Below are positions 28,394-38,549 of a DNA stretch of 64,000 nucleotides, one piece after another. Both the position numbers and the translations under genes were made by a program. This stretch comes from Planctomycetota bacterium (GTDB lineage: Bacteria; Planctomycetota; SZUA-567; H5-PLA8), in contig JBBRPR010000005.1 of NCBI GenBank assembly GCA_038227875.1, positions 32,001 to 96,000 on the forward strand, read 5' to 3'. Position 1 is the stretch's first letter; every line of letters begins with the position of its first letter. A model generated the notes under the pieces. The model saw only the letters and a program-made list of their open reading frames with translations. It did not search any database and was not told the origin of the DNA.

Positions 28394-29320
28394 CTACTTC
28401 CACGGCACCGTGAGATTGAACTGCTTCAGCTTATCTTCCAGTTCCTGGCGTTCGCGGTTGCGTTTGAGGGCGCCTTTGTCGTCGCGGTTGAGCCAGCCGA
28501 ATTCCTGTGCCAGGCGCAGCGCTTCTTCGGTCTTGCCGCCGCCGACGGCCGAGATCAGTTCCATTTCCAGGCGCGAGAGGTGAGCGGTGTTGAACTGGTA
28601 ATCGAGGAACGCTTCCCAGGCGATCGGGCACCAGCGCTTCACGATTTCCTCGCCCATCACTTCGGCATACGCGCGGATTTCCAGCTGCGCGTGCTTGTCC
28701 ATGCGCAGGCGGAGGAAGTGGAGCAGGTTGTGGAGGTCGACTTTCCAGTAGGCTTCCGTGTACGTCGAGAGCGGCAAGTCCTTGCGTGCCTGTTCGCGGG
28801 CGATGCCGGCGGCGAGGCGGTCGTCGTAGACTTTGCGCGCGAGGTTCTGCAGGTCGAGTTCGGCCTTGGTGAGTTCGGCGCCCTTGATTTCTTCCAGCAT
28901 GCCGGCGCTGCCCTGCTTCATATCGGCCGACTGGACGCGCCATTCGTTGGGCGCGGTGTGCTGGGAGGCGTCGATGGCGACGGAGTAGCGCGTGGAGTAT
29001 TCGTTGACGTTGGCGGTGCGGTGGCGGATCCACTGGCGCCAGCAGTCCATGGGGACGCGGACGTGAAATTTAATTTCGCACATTTCAAACGGGGTCGTGT
29101 GCCAGTGGCGGAGCAGGTAGCGGATGAGTCCGCGGTCTTCGCTGACCTTTTTCGTGCCCTTGCCGTAGGAGACACGCGCGGCCTGGACGATGGCCGAGTC
29201 GTTGCCCATGTAATCGACGACGCGGATGAAGCCGTCATCGAGGACCTTGAAGGGCTTTCCAAGGATTTCGTCCAGCGCGTCCACGCGCAGTCGTTCGAGA
29301 CGTTCGGCATTTTCGGGCAT
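28394..29320 (-). CDS. thyX: FAD-dependent thymidylate synthase
   Basis: AARVSY, HTTPFE, QWIRHRTANVNEYSTRY, AREQAR and HAQLEIR. ATG 29320 with GAGG RBS. Confidence 0.95.
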   Translation of the reverse strand: MPENAERLERLRVDALDEILGKPFKVLDDGFIRVVDYMGNDSAIVQAARVSYGKGTKKVSEDRGLIRYLLRHWHTTPFEMCEIKFHVRVPMDCWRQWIRHRTANVNEYSTRYSVAIDASQHTAPNEWRVQSADMKQGSAGMLEEIKGAELTKAELDLQNLARKVYDDRLAAGIAREQARKDLPLSTYTEAYWKVDLHNLLHFLRLRMDKHAQLEIRAYAEVMGEEIVKRWCPIAWEAFLDYQFNTAHLSRLEMELISAVGGGKTEEALRLAQEFGWLNRDDKGALKRNRERQELEDKLKQFNLTVPWK

Positions 29321-29458
29321 CGTGGGGACCTCTTCGCTTGGGCTTTGGTGGGATGTTTTTACAGCAAAGCGCGGATGGTGCAAAGAACAGGAACTGGCGT
29401 TCGTTTCATTCTGAAAACTGTGATTGTTGCGGTAGAACTGGGCGCGCGGAGAACTTTT

Positions 29459-30466
29459 ATGGACGAACCGAAGGCGTATCAGTGGGCCTTTGACGGCAGT
29501 CCCGCAGATGTGAATCCTCACGGGTTCATGTTCTCGGTGGGCATTTACCAATGGATTCCGAAGACTTCTGGGAAAGGATTGAAAAAGTCCAAGACGATTC
29601 GCGTTCAGGGTTATGTGATGGAGGCAGCCCGGGCTTTTGAAAAGGCCGCGGAACTCTGCAAACTTTTCAACGAAAAGGATGTTCGCGCACAGAAGCCTCC
29701 CAAGTGGCTACAGAAGCAATATTCGGTTCCAAAACCTGCCAATCTTGTGCTGGAACCGCTGGATCAGTGGGCCAAGAAGCTGGGTCAACCCAGTGAGCCC
29801 GGCGTTTACTTGGAACGGTTTTCAAATGACCTTCCAGGAAACAAGGTCCGCGCCGTGCGGTTGAAAGTGATGGAACGAAAACTCATTCCGCAGGGCTTTA
29901 TAAAAGCGGAAGGTGGCACTTATGTACGAGAGCAAAACGACCAGATTCACCTGATTGATTTTCAGCCCAATAGGTGGGGACACGATTACACGATCAACAT
30001 TGGATTTCACTACACGTTCATGCCGGGATTCTGGCGCGCCGCGCTTGGACGCATTCGGGAATTTCGTGAACTGGACTGCGCGATTCATGACCGCTTGCAT
30101 CACATAGTGATGGGCAGGGACATCTGGTTTAAGTACGGACACGACGTGACGACATTGGAGGCGGTATTCGAAAAGAACGCCAACACGTGTTTAAGTGTAT
30201 TTGACGAGCAATCCGACCGATGGATCGATCCGCGCTGTTGGCTTGATGACAGTTTCGCTGATATTAAAAAGTGGCGTGTAGAAAGCATACTTTTGTTTCA
30301 ATGCTGCATCGCATTGCATTTGAAAATGCAATCCAAGGCAGAGCAATTGTTGACAGAATTACGGAAAACGTTCCTACATCCAGCTGAACAGCACGCTGAG
30401 CATTACAGACGAGATTTCAATCGGATTCTTGGCCAAGTGACTGGCGATCGTAAATTCAGAATTTAG
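29459..30466 (+). CDS. Hypothetical protein with a C-terminal DUF4304-like domain
   Basis: Real part of track ORF 28274-30466 (ATG 29459 after GGAG); LIPQGF...IHLIDFQPNRWGHDYTINIG pattern; lower GC. Confidence 0.65.
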   Translation: MDEPKAYQWAFDGSPADVNPHGFMFSVGIYQWIPKTSGKGLKKSKTIRVQGYVMEAARAFEKAAELCKLFNEKDVRAQKPPKWLQKQYSVPKPANLVLEPLDQWAKKLGQPSEPGVYLERFSNDLPGNKVRAVRLKVMERKLIPQGFIKAEGGTYVREQNDQIHLIDFQPNRWGHDYTINIGFHYTFMPGFWRAALGRIREFRELDCAIHDRLHHIVMGRDIWFKYGHDVTTLEAVFEKNANTCLSVFDEQSDRWIDPRCWLDDSFADIKKWRVESILLFQCCIALHLKMQSKAEQLLTELRKTFLHPAEQHAEHYRRDFNRILGQVTGDRKFRI

Positions 30467-30470
30467 AGCA

Positions 30471-31052
30471 TCAGCGTTTAAAGATTTCGCTGACCTTAAC
30501 CGCGAAGCCCGGCAGCACGTCTTCGCCGCTGAGCGTGTCGCCGTCGCGATAGGTCATTCCGCGATGCGCCGAGCGGTAAACGTGTACCAGTCTTCCATCA
30601 GGCTGAATAATCCACACCATGGAGACGCCGGCGGCGAGGTACGATTCCGCTTTGGCCGTGACTTCGGAGAAGCGGTCGTCGGGCGAGACGACTTCGATGG
30701 CCAGATCGGGCGAGACCGGAAGGTAGCCTTCGTCGGGAAGATCCACGGGAATGCGCGCGTTGGAGACGAACATGGCATCGGGCGCGCGGACGGTTTTCTG
30801 GTCGGGATAGACGAAACCCGTTTCGGCGGTGAAGACGCGGCCGAGTGATTTGGCTTCGTTGTACGCATAAAGAAGGTAAAGCACGCGCGCGGCGATCTGG
30901 CCGTGATTGTGTCCGGCTGGACTCATTTGAATAACCTTTCCGTTCACCAGTTCACAACGGCCCCATTGCTGGTTGAAATAGAGTTCTTCGGGCGTGACGG
31001 CGCGGTCGGTCGGCGGCGCGGGCGGGCGTTGGTAGGTGTAAGTGGGTCCCAT
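30471..31052 (-). CDS. Uma2 family endonuclease
   Basis: ELVNG, RAPD, PDLAIEVVSP and EDVLPGF. Confidence 0.9.
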   Translation of the reverse strand: MGPTYTYQRPPAPPTDRAVTPEELYFNQQWGRCELVNGKVIQMSPAGHNHGQIAARVLYLLYAYNEAKSLGRVFTAETGFVYPDQKTVRAPDAMFVSNARIPVDLPDEGYLPVSPDLAIEVVSPDDRFSEVTAKAESYLAAGVSMVWIIQPDGRLVHVYRSAHRGMTYRDGDTLSGEDVLPGFAVKVSEIFKR

Positions 31053-31118
31053 AGGCTTGGCTCCGGGATTGATAATAACCGAACGGATGGATTCTGCTAC
31101 TTCTGGGTCGGCATGAAA

Positions 31119-31143
31119 TCTCCGGGCGAGCCGCCCGGACTAC
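31119..31143 (-). repeat. GTAG-type REP-like palindrome
   Basis: Exact 25-bp reverse complement of 1991-2015. Confidence 0.75.
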
Positions 31144-31170
31144 AAACGGCACGGGCGCTCCGCGATGGAT

Positions 31171-32607
31171 CTATTCTGCGGGTGCTGGCGGTGATGCTGG
31201 TGCTGGCGGATCGGATTCGCCGCGGAGTTTGGCGCGGATGCGCGCGAAGTTTTCCAGGCGTTCGGTGATTTTTTTCTCGATGCCCTGGTTGGTCGGCAAA
31301 TAGAAGTGCGTGCCGGCGAGGTCGTCGGGCATCGCTTCCTGCGGGGAGATTTTGTCGGGCCAGTCGTGGTCGTACTGGTAGCCGCCGCCGTAGCCTTCGG
31401 CTTTCATCAGGCCCGTCGGCGCGTTTCTTAGGTGCAGCGGGACGGGGAGCGGGCCGCTGCGTTCGACTTCGGCTTTCGCGGCTTTGATCGCGGTGTAGAT
31501 CGCGTTCGACTTCGGCGCGATGGCCAGGTACACGGCCGCCTGCGCCAGCGCGGTGTCACACTCCGGATAGCCGATGAATTCGACGGCCTGCTTGGCGGCC
31601 AGCGCCTGGACCACGGCCTGCGGATCGGCGAGGCCAATGTCTTCGCTGGCGGCTCGGACCAGGCGGCGCGCGATGAACATGGGGTCTTCGCCGCCGGCGA
31701 TCATGCGCGCGAGGTAGTAGAGCGTCGCGTCGGGATCGGAGTGGCGGATGGATTTGTGCATGGCGCTGATCAGGTTGTAGTGCTCTTCGCCGGACTGATC
31801 GTAGAGGATCGCGTTGCGCTGCAGCGCTTCGCGCGCTAGTTCCAGGCTGATCAGGCGCTGACCGTGTTCGTCTTTCTGCGCGGTCATCCCGGCCAGTTCC
31901 AGACCGTTGAGCGCCGTGCGCGCATCGCCGCCACTGAGAGACGCGAGCGCTTCTTTCGCTCCCGGGGCGAGTGAAATGCCCTGGCCGCCGAGACCGCGTT
32001 CGGTGTCGGTCAGCGCGCGATCGAGCAGGCCGCAGAGTTCTTCCATGGTGAGATGGTGGAGCACAAAGACGCGGCAGCGCGAGAGAAGCGCGCCATTGAC
32101 TTCAAACGAGGGATTTTCGGTCGTCGCGCCGAGCAGCGAGAGTGTGCCATCTTCGACGGCGGGGAGAAATGCGTCCTGCTGGGCGCGGTTGAAGCGGTGG
32201 ATTTCATCGACGAAAAGCACCGTGCGCCGGCGCTCGAAGCTCAGGCGTTCGCGCGCGGCCTGGATCTGTTCACGGGCTTCCTTGATGCCGCTGGAGACGG
32301 CGGAGAACATTTCGAAGTGCGCGTTGGCGGCCTTGGCGATGAGGAAGGCGAGCGTGGTTTTGCCGGTGCCGGGCGGGCCCCAGAGGATCAACGAGGGGAG
32401 CGGCTTCAAGGTCGGGTCGCCAGCGGCCTTGTTTTTCTGTTCCTGTTCGACGAGCCGACGGAGCAGTTTTCCCGGCGCGATAATGCTGCTCTGGCCGGCG
32501 TATTCATCGAGCGAACGCGGGCGCATGCGGTCGGCCAGCGGCGCGCCCTGCTTGCGGATGGTGTCCGCGGCGGCGATGAACAGATCGGGTGAGCCCTTCG
32601 GTTTCAT
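31171..32607 (-). CDS. rarA: Replication-associated recombination protein A (MgsA)
   Basis: PLADRMRP, WGPPGTGKT, DEIHRFN, GATTENPSF, SEDIGLADP and APKSN. Confidence 0.95.
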   Translation of the reverse strand: MKPKGSPDLFIAAADTIRKQGAPLADRMRPRSLDEYAGQSSIIAPGKLLRRLVEQEQKNKAAGDPTLKPLPSLILWGPPGTGKTTLAFLIAKAANAHFEMFSAVSSGIKEAREQIQAARERLSFERRRTVLFVDEIHRFNRAQQDAFLPAVEDGTLSLLGATTENPSFEVNGALLSRCRVFVLHHLTMEELCGLLDRALTDTERGLGGQGISLAPGAKEALASLSGGDARTALNGLELAGMTAQKDEHGQRLISLELAREALQRNAILYDQSGEEHYNLISAMHKSIRHSDPDATLYYLARMIAGGEDPMFIARRLVRAASEDIGLADPQAVVQALAAKQAVEFIGYPECDTALAQAAVYLAIAPKSNAIYTAIKAAKAEVERSGPLPVPLHLRNAPTGLMKAEGYGGGYQYDHDWPDKISPQEAMPDDLAGTHFYLPTNQGIEKKITERLENFARIRAKLRGESDPPAPASPPAPAE

Positions 32608-32761
32608 GGGGGCATGTTAGCGGGATGTTGGGGTGGAGTCGATCTCGGAATGAGGAGCTTGATCAAGGCAGTGCGCTTAGCTGCGCACTGGTGCTTAAAG
32701 AAAATTAAAATTTGCCGCGACTGTCGTTCAATTCCGGGGACAGTTGAGTGAAAGGAATCCC

Positions 32762-33361
32762 ATGGCAACCACAACGGCGGCGCAAACAATCATGTCGAAC
32801 GGCACAGGCGACTGGCGGGACAGCGCTCCGGACCAATACTGGGACCTGATCGATCGCTACCGTGCAGAGCTGACGCAACAGGCGCTGGGAATCGTCAAAT
32901 CCCAGCATGATGCGGAAGATGTGGTCCAGGAGACTTTCGCGGAAGCCTTCCGCAATCCCGATGCGCTGGCCAAGGTGGATTCGATTGGCGCGTGGCTGAA
33001 GACCGTCAACCACCGCAACGCCTTGAATCGGCTCCGCGGCGGCAAGCGCAGCGAACGGAAAATCTCCGCGCGGCAGCAGCAATCCCTGGAAGCCAGCTTT
33101 ACGACCGGCGGATTCAGCCGCGTCGAACTGCGCGAATCGATCGCCTTTGCAATGCAATCGCTTCCCGCGGAACTTCGCGAGATCGTGGAGCTGCGCTTCT
33201 GGCAGCAGCTTTCCTACGACGAAATTGCCCAGCGCCTGAGCATCAGCCCCGACACCGTGCAGCGGCGATTGCTCTCGGCCACAAATCAGCTTTACGGACG
33301 CCTGAAGCCGCAGGTCGGCACGGGCATCCACACACCGCATAAAGGCACGGATTCAAAATAA
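32762..33361 (+). CDS. ECF sigma-70 factor
   Basis: DAEDVVQETF, AWL and LSYDEIAQRLSIS. Confidence 0.9.
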   Translation: MATTTAAQTIMSNGTGDWRDSAPDQYWDLIDRYRAELTQQALGIVKSQHDAEDVVQETFAEAFRNPDALAKVDSIGAWLKTVNHRNALNRLRGGKRSERKISARQQQSLEASFTTGGFSRVELRESIAFAMQSLPAELREIVELRFWQQLSYDEIAQRLSISPDTVQRRLLSATNQLYGRLKPQVGTGIHTPHKGTDSK

Positions 33362-33375
33362 TCCGCGGGAGAATT

Positions 33376-35280
33376 GTGATGACCTTGACCCTTAACTGTG
33401 AAGCAGTGGCCGGCAATCTCGCCGCCTACATGGACGGTTCGATCACCGGCGAAAGCGCGGAAGCGATCGCCCGCCACCTGGACGGCTGCGCCGAATGCCA
33501 GGCTGCCGCGGAGCGCTTTGGCGCTGTCAAAAATCTGCTGGAGTACGCTCAGCTGGAGGAACCCGCTGCGAGCGCGACGGCCGGGCAGCAGCCTGTTTCC
33601 GCGGCCGCGCGCGGGAGTTTATTCCTGATGTTCAGCAACGCGCCCTGGTGGCTGGTCTCCTGCGCGCTGCACGCGCTGGTGCTCGCACTGGCCGGACTGA
33701 TCACGATGGCCATTGAGGTGCCCCACACCGACGACGCCGTAATCATGATGACCGAACTGCAGCCGCGGCCGCCGGCGTTGAAAGAGGAAGAAAAGCGGGA
33801 GGATGTGCCCACTGCGCTGGAATCCAGCCGCGAAATTCCGCCGACCGATCCCACGTCAAAGGAACTCACGAACGTCGTCGTTCCGCCGGACATTCTGGCA
33901 CAGGCCGAGCTGGGCGATCACTTCGAAACCATCAACCCCGAAGCCCCCGACATGCATAGCGCGAATGGCAATCCCGATGCGTTGCTCTTTCATTCCACCA
34001 GCGGCAATACCGAATCCGCCGGGGGTGGCGGCACAAGCGGAATGAGCCTGGAGGATGTGATCGGCGTCGGTGGCGCAGGAACCAAAGGCAGCGGCGGCGG
34101 CTACGGCGGCGGCTTTGGCACCGGCACGGGTACCGGAGAAGGCAGCGGACACGGCAGCTTCGGCAACCGTTCCGGCGGCGGCCGCAAGCTGATGGTCAAG
34201 CGCAACGGCGGCTCCGTAAAGACCGAGAGCTCCGTGGAGAAAGCGCTGGAGTGGCTGGCGCGCAACCAGGATCAGGATGGGCATTGGGACGCGCAGAAAC
34301 TCGAGGCCACCTGCGCCGAAAAGCAATGGGTCGATGTCGGGATGACCGCCATCGCCACGCTCGCGTTCCTGGGAGCCGGACACAGTGAACGCGTGGGAAA
34401 GTACAAGGACAATGTCAGCCGCGCCGTCTACTGGCTGGTCGACAAGCAGATCAAAACCGGCAAGGACAAAGGCAGCTGGGTGCCGATCATGTACGCCAAT
34501 GGCATGGCCGCCCTGGCCCTCGCCGAAGCCAGCGCGATGTCCCCGCACAGCGACGCCAAGCAGGCCGCACAAATGGGCATCGACTACATCCAGTCCGCGC
34601 AGCACGAATACATGGCGTGGGATTACTACGCCAATCCCGACCCCAACGCACGCAACGACACGTCCGTCACCGGTTGGCAGGTGATGGCGCTCAAAAGCGC
34701 CAAGGTGGCCGGATTGAAAGTCGATCCCAATGCGCTGGAAGGAGCGCTCAACTGGCTCAACGCCGGCCAGGATATCCCGAAGGACGTGAAAGACGGCTAC
34801 GATTTCGAAGGCGGCATGATGGTCTACCAGGGTACCAAGGGCCATGTTGACGGCCCTTCACAATCGATGACCGCCGCTGCCGCAATGATGCGGCTGTTCC
34901 TCGGCGTCAAACCCGATCACCCGAGCGTGGCCGGTCCCTGCAACCTGATGAAGCGCGACAAGAACGTCGCCGGCGGACCCATCTGGGTGCCCTGCAACGA
35001 CGCCTACCCGCCGGCACTCCCGGGCTCAGGCATCAATTATTACTACTGGTACTACGGCACTTTTGCGATGTTCCAGATGGGCGGAGACCATTGGGCGATC
35101 TGGAACGATCACTTGAAATCCACATTGCTCCCCATGCAGCGCCAGGACGGAGCTTTCGCCGGCTCGTGGGACCCCAAGGGCGGCGGCCGCATCCCCGATG
35201 GTGGCCGCGTCTTCTCCACCGCGCTGGGTGCGCTCTGCATGGAAGTGTACTATCGCTACGCCAAGCTGAACGAGAGATGA
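33376..35280 (+). CDS. zf-HC2 anti-sigma domain fused via TM and Gly-rich linker to a prenyltransferase/squalene-cyclase-repeat domain
   Basis: HLDGCAEC, TM WWLVSCALHAL.., ALEWLARNQDQDGHW, DTSVTGW, YYYWYYGT, GSWDP and LCMEVYYRY. Confidence 0.85.
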   Translation: MMTLTLNCEAVAGNLAAYMDGSITGESAEAIARHLDGCAECQAAAERFGAVKNLLEYAQLEEPAASATAGQQPVSAAARGSLFLMFSNAPWWLVSCALHALVLALAGLITMAIEVPHTDDAVIMMTELQPRPPALKEEEKREDVPTALESSREIPPTDPTSKELTNVVVPPDILAQAELGDHFETINPEAPDMHSANGNPDALLFHSTSGNTESAGGGGTSGMSLEDVIGVGGAGTKGSGGGYGGGFGTGTGTGEGSGHGSFGNRSGGGRKLMVKRNGGSVKTESSVEKALEWLARNQDQDGHWDAQKLEATCAEKQWVDVGMTAIATLAFLGAGHSERVGKYKDNVSRAVYWLVDKQIKTGKDKGSWVPIMYANGMAALALAEASAMSPHSDAKQAAQMGIDYIQSAQHEYMAWDYYANPDPNARNDTSVTGWQVMALKSAKVAGLKVDPNALEGALNWLNAGQDIPKDVKDGYDFEGGMMVYQGTKGHVDGPSQSMTAAAAMMRLFLGVKPDHPSVAGPCNLMKRDKNVAGGPIWVPCNDAYPPALPGSGINYYYWYYGTFAMFQMGGDHWAIWNDHLKSTLLPMQRQDGAFAGSWDPKGGGRIPDGGRVFSTALGALCMEVYYRYAKLNER

Positions 35281-35337
35281 ACGTTCGCGGAATCGCCAGA
35301 ACCCGTCGACCAACCGTCGTAACGAACTTGAGTACGC

Positions 35338-35817
35338 TCAGACCAGATTGCTTTGTTCGTCGAGAAGATCGCGGAGTTTTTGAAGGCCGCCGAAGACCAG
35401 GGCGACGACGGTGACGCCGCCTTGCGGGATGCGGTAGAGGTCGCGGCGCCAGTGGGCGGCGTAGGGCCAGTCGTCGTAGAACGTGCCGATGAGGCGGTTG
35501 AGCGTTTTGCGGTCGTTGACGGGGCCGGACTTGAGAAGGTCGAGCAGCGCTTGCGCGGGGACTCGATTTTTCACGCGTTCGTTGCCGCCATATTTTTCGA
35601 GCAGATGCGCGAGCAGGCCTTCGGTCAGGCGACAGACGCCCTGCACGGCGGCGTAGATGTCTTCGTTGCGGTAGCCGGTCTGGCCGGGATCGAAAATGTG
35701 CAGGCCATTGACGAGCTTGTTGCCGCGCGCGGGATCGGCAAGGAAATCGTCGAAACGGTTCTGCGGCGTGCCGAGGGTGGCGAGCTGGGGGAGGATGAAG
35801 GCGTTGTCGTTGGGCAT
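35338..35817 (-). CDS. Hypothetical protein
   Basis: Host-like codon usage; ATG 35817; no motif recognised. Confidence 0.6.
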   Translation of the reverse strand: MPNDNAFILPQLATLGTPQNRFDDFLADPARGNKLVNGLHIFDPGQTGYRNEDIYAAVQGVCRLTEGLLAHLLEKYGGNERVKNRVPAQALLDLLKSGPVNDRKTLNRLIGTFYDDWPYAAHWRRDLYRIPQGGVTVVALVFGGLQKLRDLLDEQSNLV

Positions 35818-35884
35818 GGGGTGGTCGCTCTGGGCTCTTGGCGGCGGGAGGGGTGTGCGTCCCGCGATTAATTTTGATTCCACT

Positions 35885-35946
35885 GCGGTCGCACTGGCAA
35901 GGCCGATCCTTCACTGCGTTCAGAATCGTCCGTGCCAGTGGCACCA
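35885..35946 (+). repeat. 62-bp dispersed hairpin element, copy 1
   Basis: 54/62 identical (manual count) to the reverse complement of 51563-51624. Confidence 0.8.
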
Positions 35947-36024
35947 GACTATCTCTTGCAATGGCACCTGCTTATTTTCTACGGTGCGTGGCTGCTTGCT
36001 GCTCCCAAGAGCCAAGAGCCGCCC

Positions 36025-38493
36025 TTAGATCATCCGGCCGCGTTTGCGCAGGATCCATTCCATCGTGATCAGCACGGTGAAGAGCGTGAAGATCATCCAG
36101 TTGTCCCAGAGGTTGATCGGCGTTTCGCGGGGGACGCGTTCTTCCTTGGGTTGGATCTTCGGCGGAATCTCGCGGACGTGGTCGATGGTGAAGTATTCGC
36201 CGCCTTCGCCCGCGGCCTTGGCGACGTTGCGCAGCAGTTCTTCGTCCATGCGCGGGTTTTCGAATTCCAGCTGCGGCTTTTCGACTTTGAACGACGCTTC
36301 CGACTGATGCGCGTCGGGCTGCGCTTCGTCTTTGAGCCAGACGGTGTAATCGCCCTGCAGCAACGGGATGTAGTTGCTCTCGTAGTTGCCGGGGCGGTCG
36401 GAGATCTTGCGCAATTCGGTGGTGAAGTCTTCGCCCTTCGGCGTTTTGCCGTGGACGATCACGGACGGCGCGGTGATTTCTTTCTGGTTCTCGTCCTTGA
36501 CGATGGCGGTGAGCACCAGCTTGTCGCCGATCGCGGCGAGACTGCGGTCGACGCCGAGGTAGAAGCGGCGCTGCCCGCCGAGGCGCTTGGCCATGCTTAA
36601 GTGGCGGATGGCCTGATTGTAGAAGCGGTAGTGGTAGCGGTCCCCCACCCCGTAGCGCCAGCGCCAGAGGCCGTCGACGCCGATGAACATCGTCCTGCCG
36701 GCGCCGTAGGGCGCGGTGACGATCAACGGCATCTTGTTGTTGTCTTCGTCCTTGTCGAACGGATGGACGGCGATGGTGGTCGCGTAGGACTTCTTCTTCT
36801 TGACCGGGTAGTACCAGTAGAGGCGCGGCAGCTTTTCCCAGACGTCGCGATTCTGCGCTTCATCCGCGTCGAGATGAGTCCAGGCGAGTTTGCGGCCTTC
36901 GTCGGTGAGTTCGACGGGGAAGGTTTCAGTGAAGCCGCCTTCCGGAGGCTGGAACGCGGCGCGCTGTGGGACGATCGGGAGCATTTCCGGCCACGCGCCC
37001 TGAGTGTATTCGGCGGGCGCGTAATGTTCGCCGGCGATCATGATCATGCCGCCGCCTTCGCGGATGAAATCCTGAATCAGCTTGATCTGGTCGTTGGTGA
37101 AGATGACGGGGTTGACGTCGCCGAGAATAAGCACGTCGTATTCGCTCATTTCCTTTTTGTTGACCGGGAATTGTTCGAGCGGCGTCTTGCCGTCGGTGCC
37201 GTCCCAGATGAACGTGCCGTCGGCGGTACAGAGGAGGACGTCGACTTCCGTGGTGTGGTCGCGGCGCGTGGCGTTCTTCAGGTAGCGGTATTCGTAACGC
37301 GGCAGGTCCTGGCCTTCGACGTAGAGCACCTTCACCTTTTTGTCGACGACCTGGAAGTTGTACGTGACGACGTTGTTGTCGGCGCGGAGTTCACCGGGCT
37401 GTTCGGGGATGCGGATGGTGTAGGTGTACTTGCCGGGCTTGGATTCCTTGAAGCGCAGCGCGACGGGCGTTTTTTCGCCGGGCTTGCCGAGCTTCACGTC
37501 TTCGGAGGCGACGACGCGGTCGCCGTCTTTCATTTCAACCTTGATCGAGGTGACGCCCGTGTACCCCTTGTAGCGGATCAGCGCGGTCACTTCGCTCTGG
37601 TCGTCGGGAAGGATCATGTCGGGGCCTTCTTCGGTCAGTTCGAAGTCCTTGGGTTCGGCGGGGTCGCCGATGCCGACGGTGTAGATGGGGACGCGCTGCG
37701 TTTTAAAAATCTGCGCGACCTGGACGGCGTCTTCGCCGGCGTTCTGGCGGCCATCGGTGATGATCACCACGCCGCCGACGGGCATGCCGCGGGTTTCGCG
37801 CAACGCGCCTCGGAGACAATCGCCGATACGCGTTTCGCCGCCGCGCTTGTTGCTGGAGGCGAGGTGCAGGAGATCGATGGGCTTGTCGTCGTCGGTGCTG
37901 GTGGAGAGCGACTTGGCCATGGTCATGACTTTGACGTCGTGGCGTTCTTTCAGCGCGTCGATGAAGTTCTTGCCGTCCTTGTTTTTCAGTTCCAGCGCGG
38001 CGGAGACGACGTCGAGGCGCGTGAGCAACTTGAACTGCTGCAGTTCGAGTTTGTCGCTGTTGACGGTGATGGCTTTGCCGTCGGCGTCTTTAAGCGTGAT
38101 TTTCTGAGCGCCCATCGCATCCTGCAATTTCTTGCGCAGGCCTTCTTCGGCGTCGGCGAAAGCGAGGTCCATCGAGAAGCTGTCGTCAACGATCACCAGC
38201 ACGGTGGAGCGGCGGGTTTCGATGCGGGTGGCGAGGAGCACGGGTTCGGTGAGGATGAACAGGCCGATGGCGATGAGCGCCGCGCGCAGCACGCCCAAAA
38301 ATCCGCGGAAGAACGGCGAGGCGGTGCCGCGGCCGTCGCGGTAGTAGATCCAGACGGCAAACGCGATCACGGCGACGATGACGAGGAAGACCATCCAGCC
38401 TTCCGGCGCCTGGTTGAAACGGATGCTCAGCTCGGAGTCTGCGCCGACTTTGTTCGGATCGAGATTAAACAGCCACGTAATGAACGAACGCAC
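36025..38493 (-). CDS. Membrane protein with VWA and GATase-like domains
   Basis: N-terminal TMs, DDSFS, ITDGRQN, KVLYVEG..RYEYRYL, LWRWR and C-terminal EWILRKR. GTG 38493 with GGAG. Confidence 0.85.
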   Translation of the reverse strand: MRSFITWLFNLDPNKVGADSELSIRFNQAPEGWMVFLVIVAVIAFAVWIYYRDGRGTASPFFRGFLGVLRAALIAIGLFILTEPVLLATRIETRRSTVLVIVDDSFSMDLAFADAEEGLRKKLQDAMGAQKITLKDADGKAITVNSDKLELQQFKLLTRLDVVSAALELKNKDGKNFIDALKERHDVKVMTMAKSLSTSTDDDKPIDLLHLASSNKRGGETRIGDCLRGALRETRGMPVGGVVIITDGRQNAGEDAVQVAQIFKTQRVPIYTVGIGDPAEPKDFELTEEGPDMILPDDQSEVTALIRYKGYTGVTSIKVEMKDGDRVVASEDVKLGKPGEKTPVALRFKESKPGKYTYTIRIPEQPGELRADNNVVTYNFQVVDKKVKVLYVEGQDLPRYEYRYLKNATRRDHTTEVDVLLCTADGTFIWDGTDGKTPLEQFPVNKKEMSEYDVLILGDVNPVIFTNDQIKLIQDFIREGGGMIMIAGEHYAPAEYTQGAWPEMLPIVPQRAAFQPPEGGFTETFPVELTDEGRKLAWTHLDADEAQNRDVWEKLPRLYWYYPVKKKKSYATTIAVHPFDKDEDNNKMPLIVTAPYGAGRTMFIGVDGLWRWRYGVGDRYHYRFYNQAIRHLSMAKRLGGQRRFYLGVDRSLAAIGDKLVLTAIVKDENQKEITAPSVIVHGKTPKGEDFTTELRKISDRPGNYESNYIPLLQGDYTVWLKDEAQPDAHQSEASFKVEKPQLEFENPRMDEELLRNVAKAAGEGGEYFTIDHVREIPPKIQPKEERVPRETPINLWDNWMIFTLFTVLITMEWILRKRGRMI

Positions 38494-38549
38494 GTTAATA
38501 CTCCGGGCCTTGACTGCACTTCCGACGGACTTGCAACGTACCTTATTTA

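Noticed and set aside
28274..29458. Apparent 730-aa protein 28274-30466
   Set aside because: The first ~395 codons are the antisense of thyX and its flanks; only the part from ATG 29459 looks real.
25620..31052. Prophage or defence island (HTH, thyX, Uma2, orphans)
   Set aside because: No integrase, structural genes or att sites; thyX, M20 and rarA have host-like composition.
33376..35280. True squalene-hopene cyclase
   Set aside because: Single barrel, no DxDD motif, and fused to an anti-sigma domain and TM.
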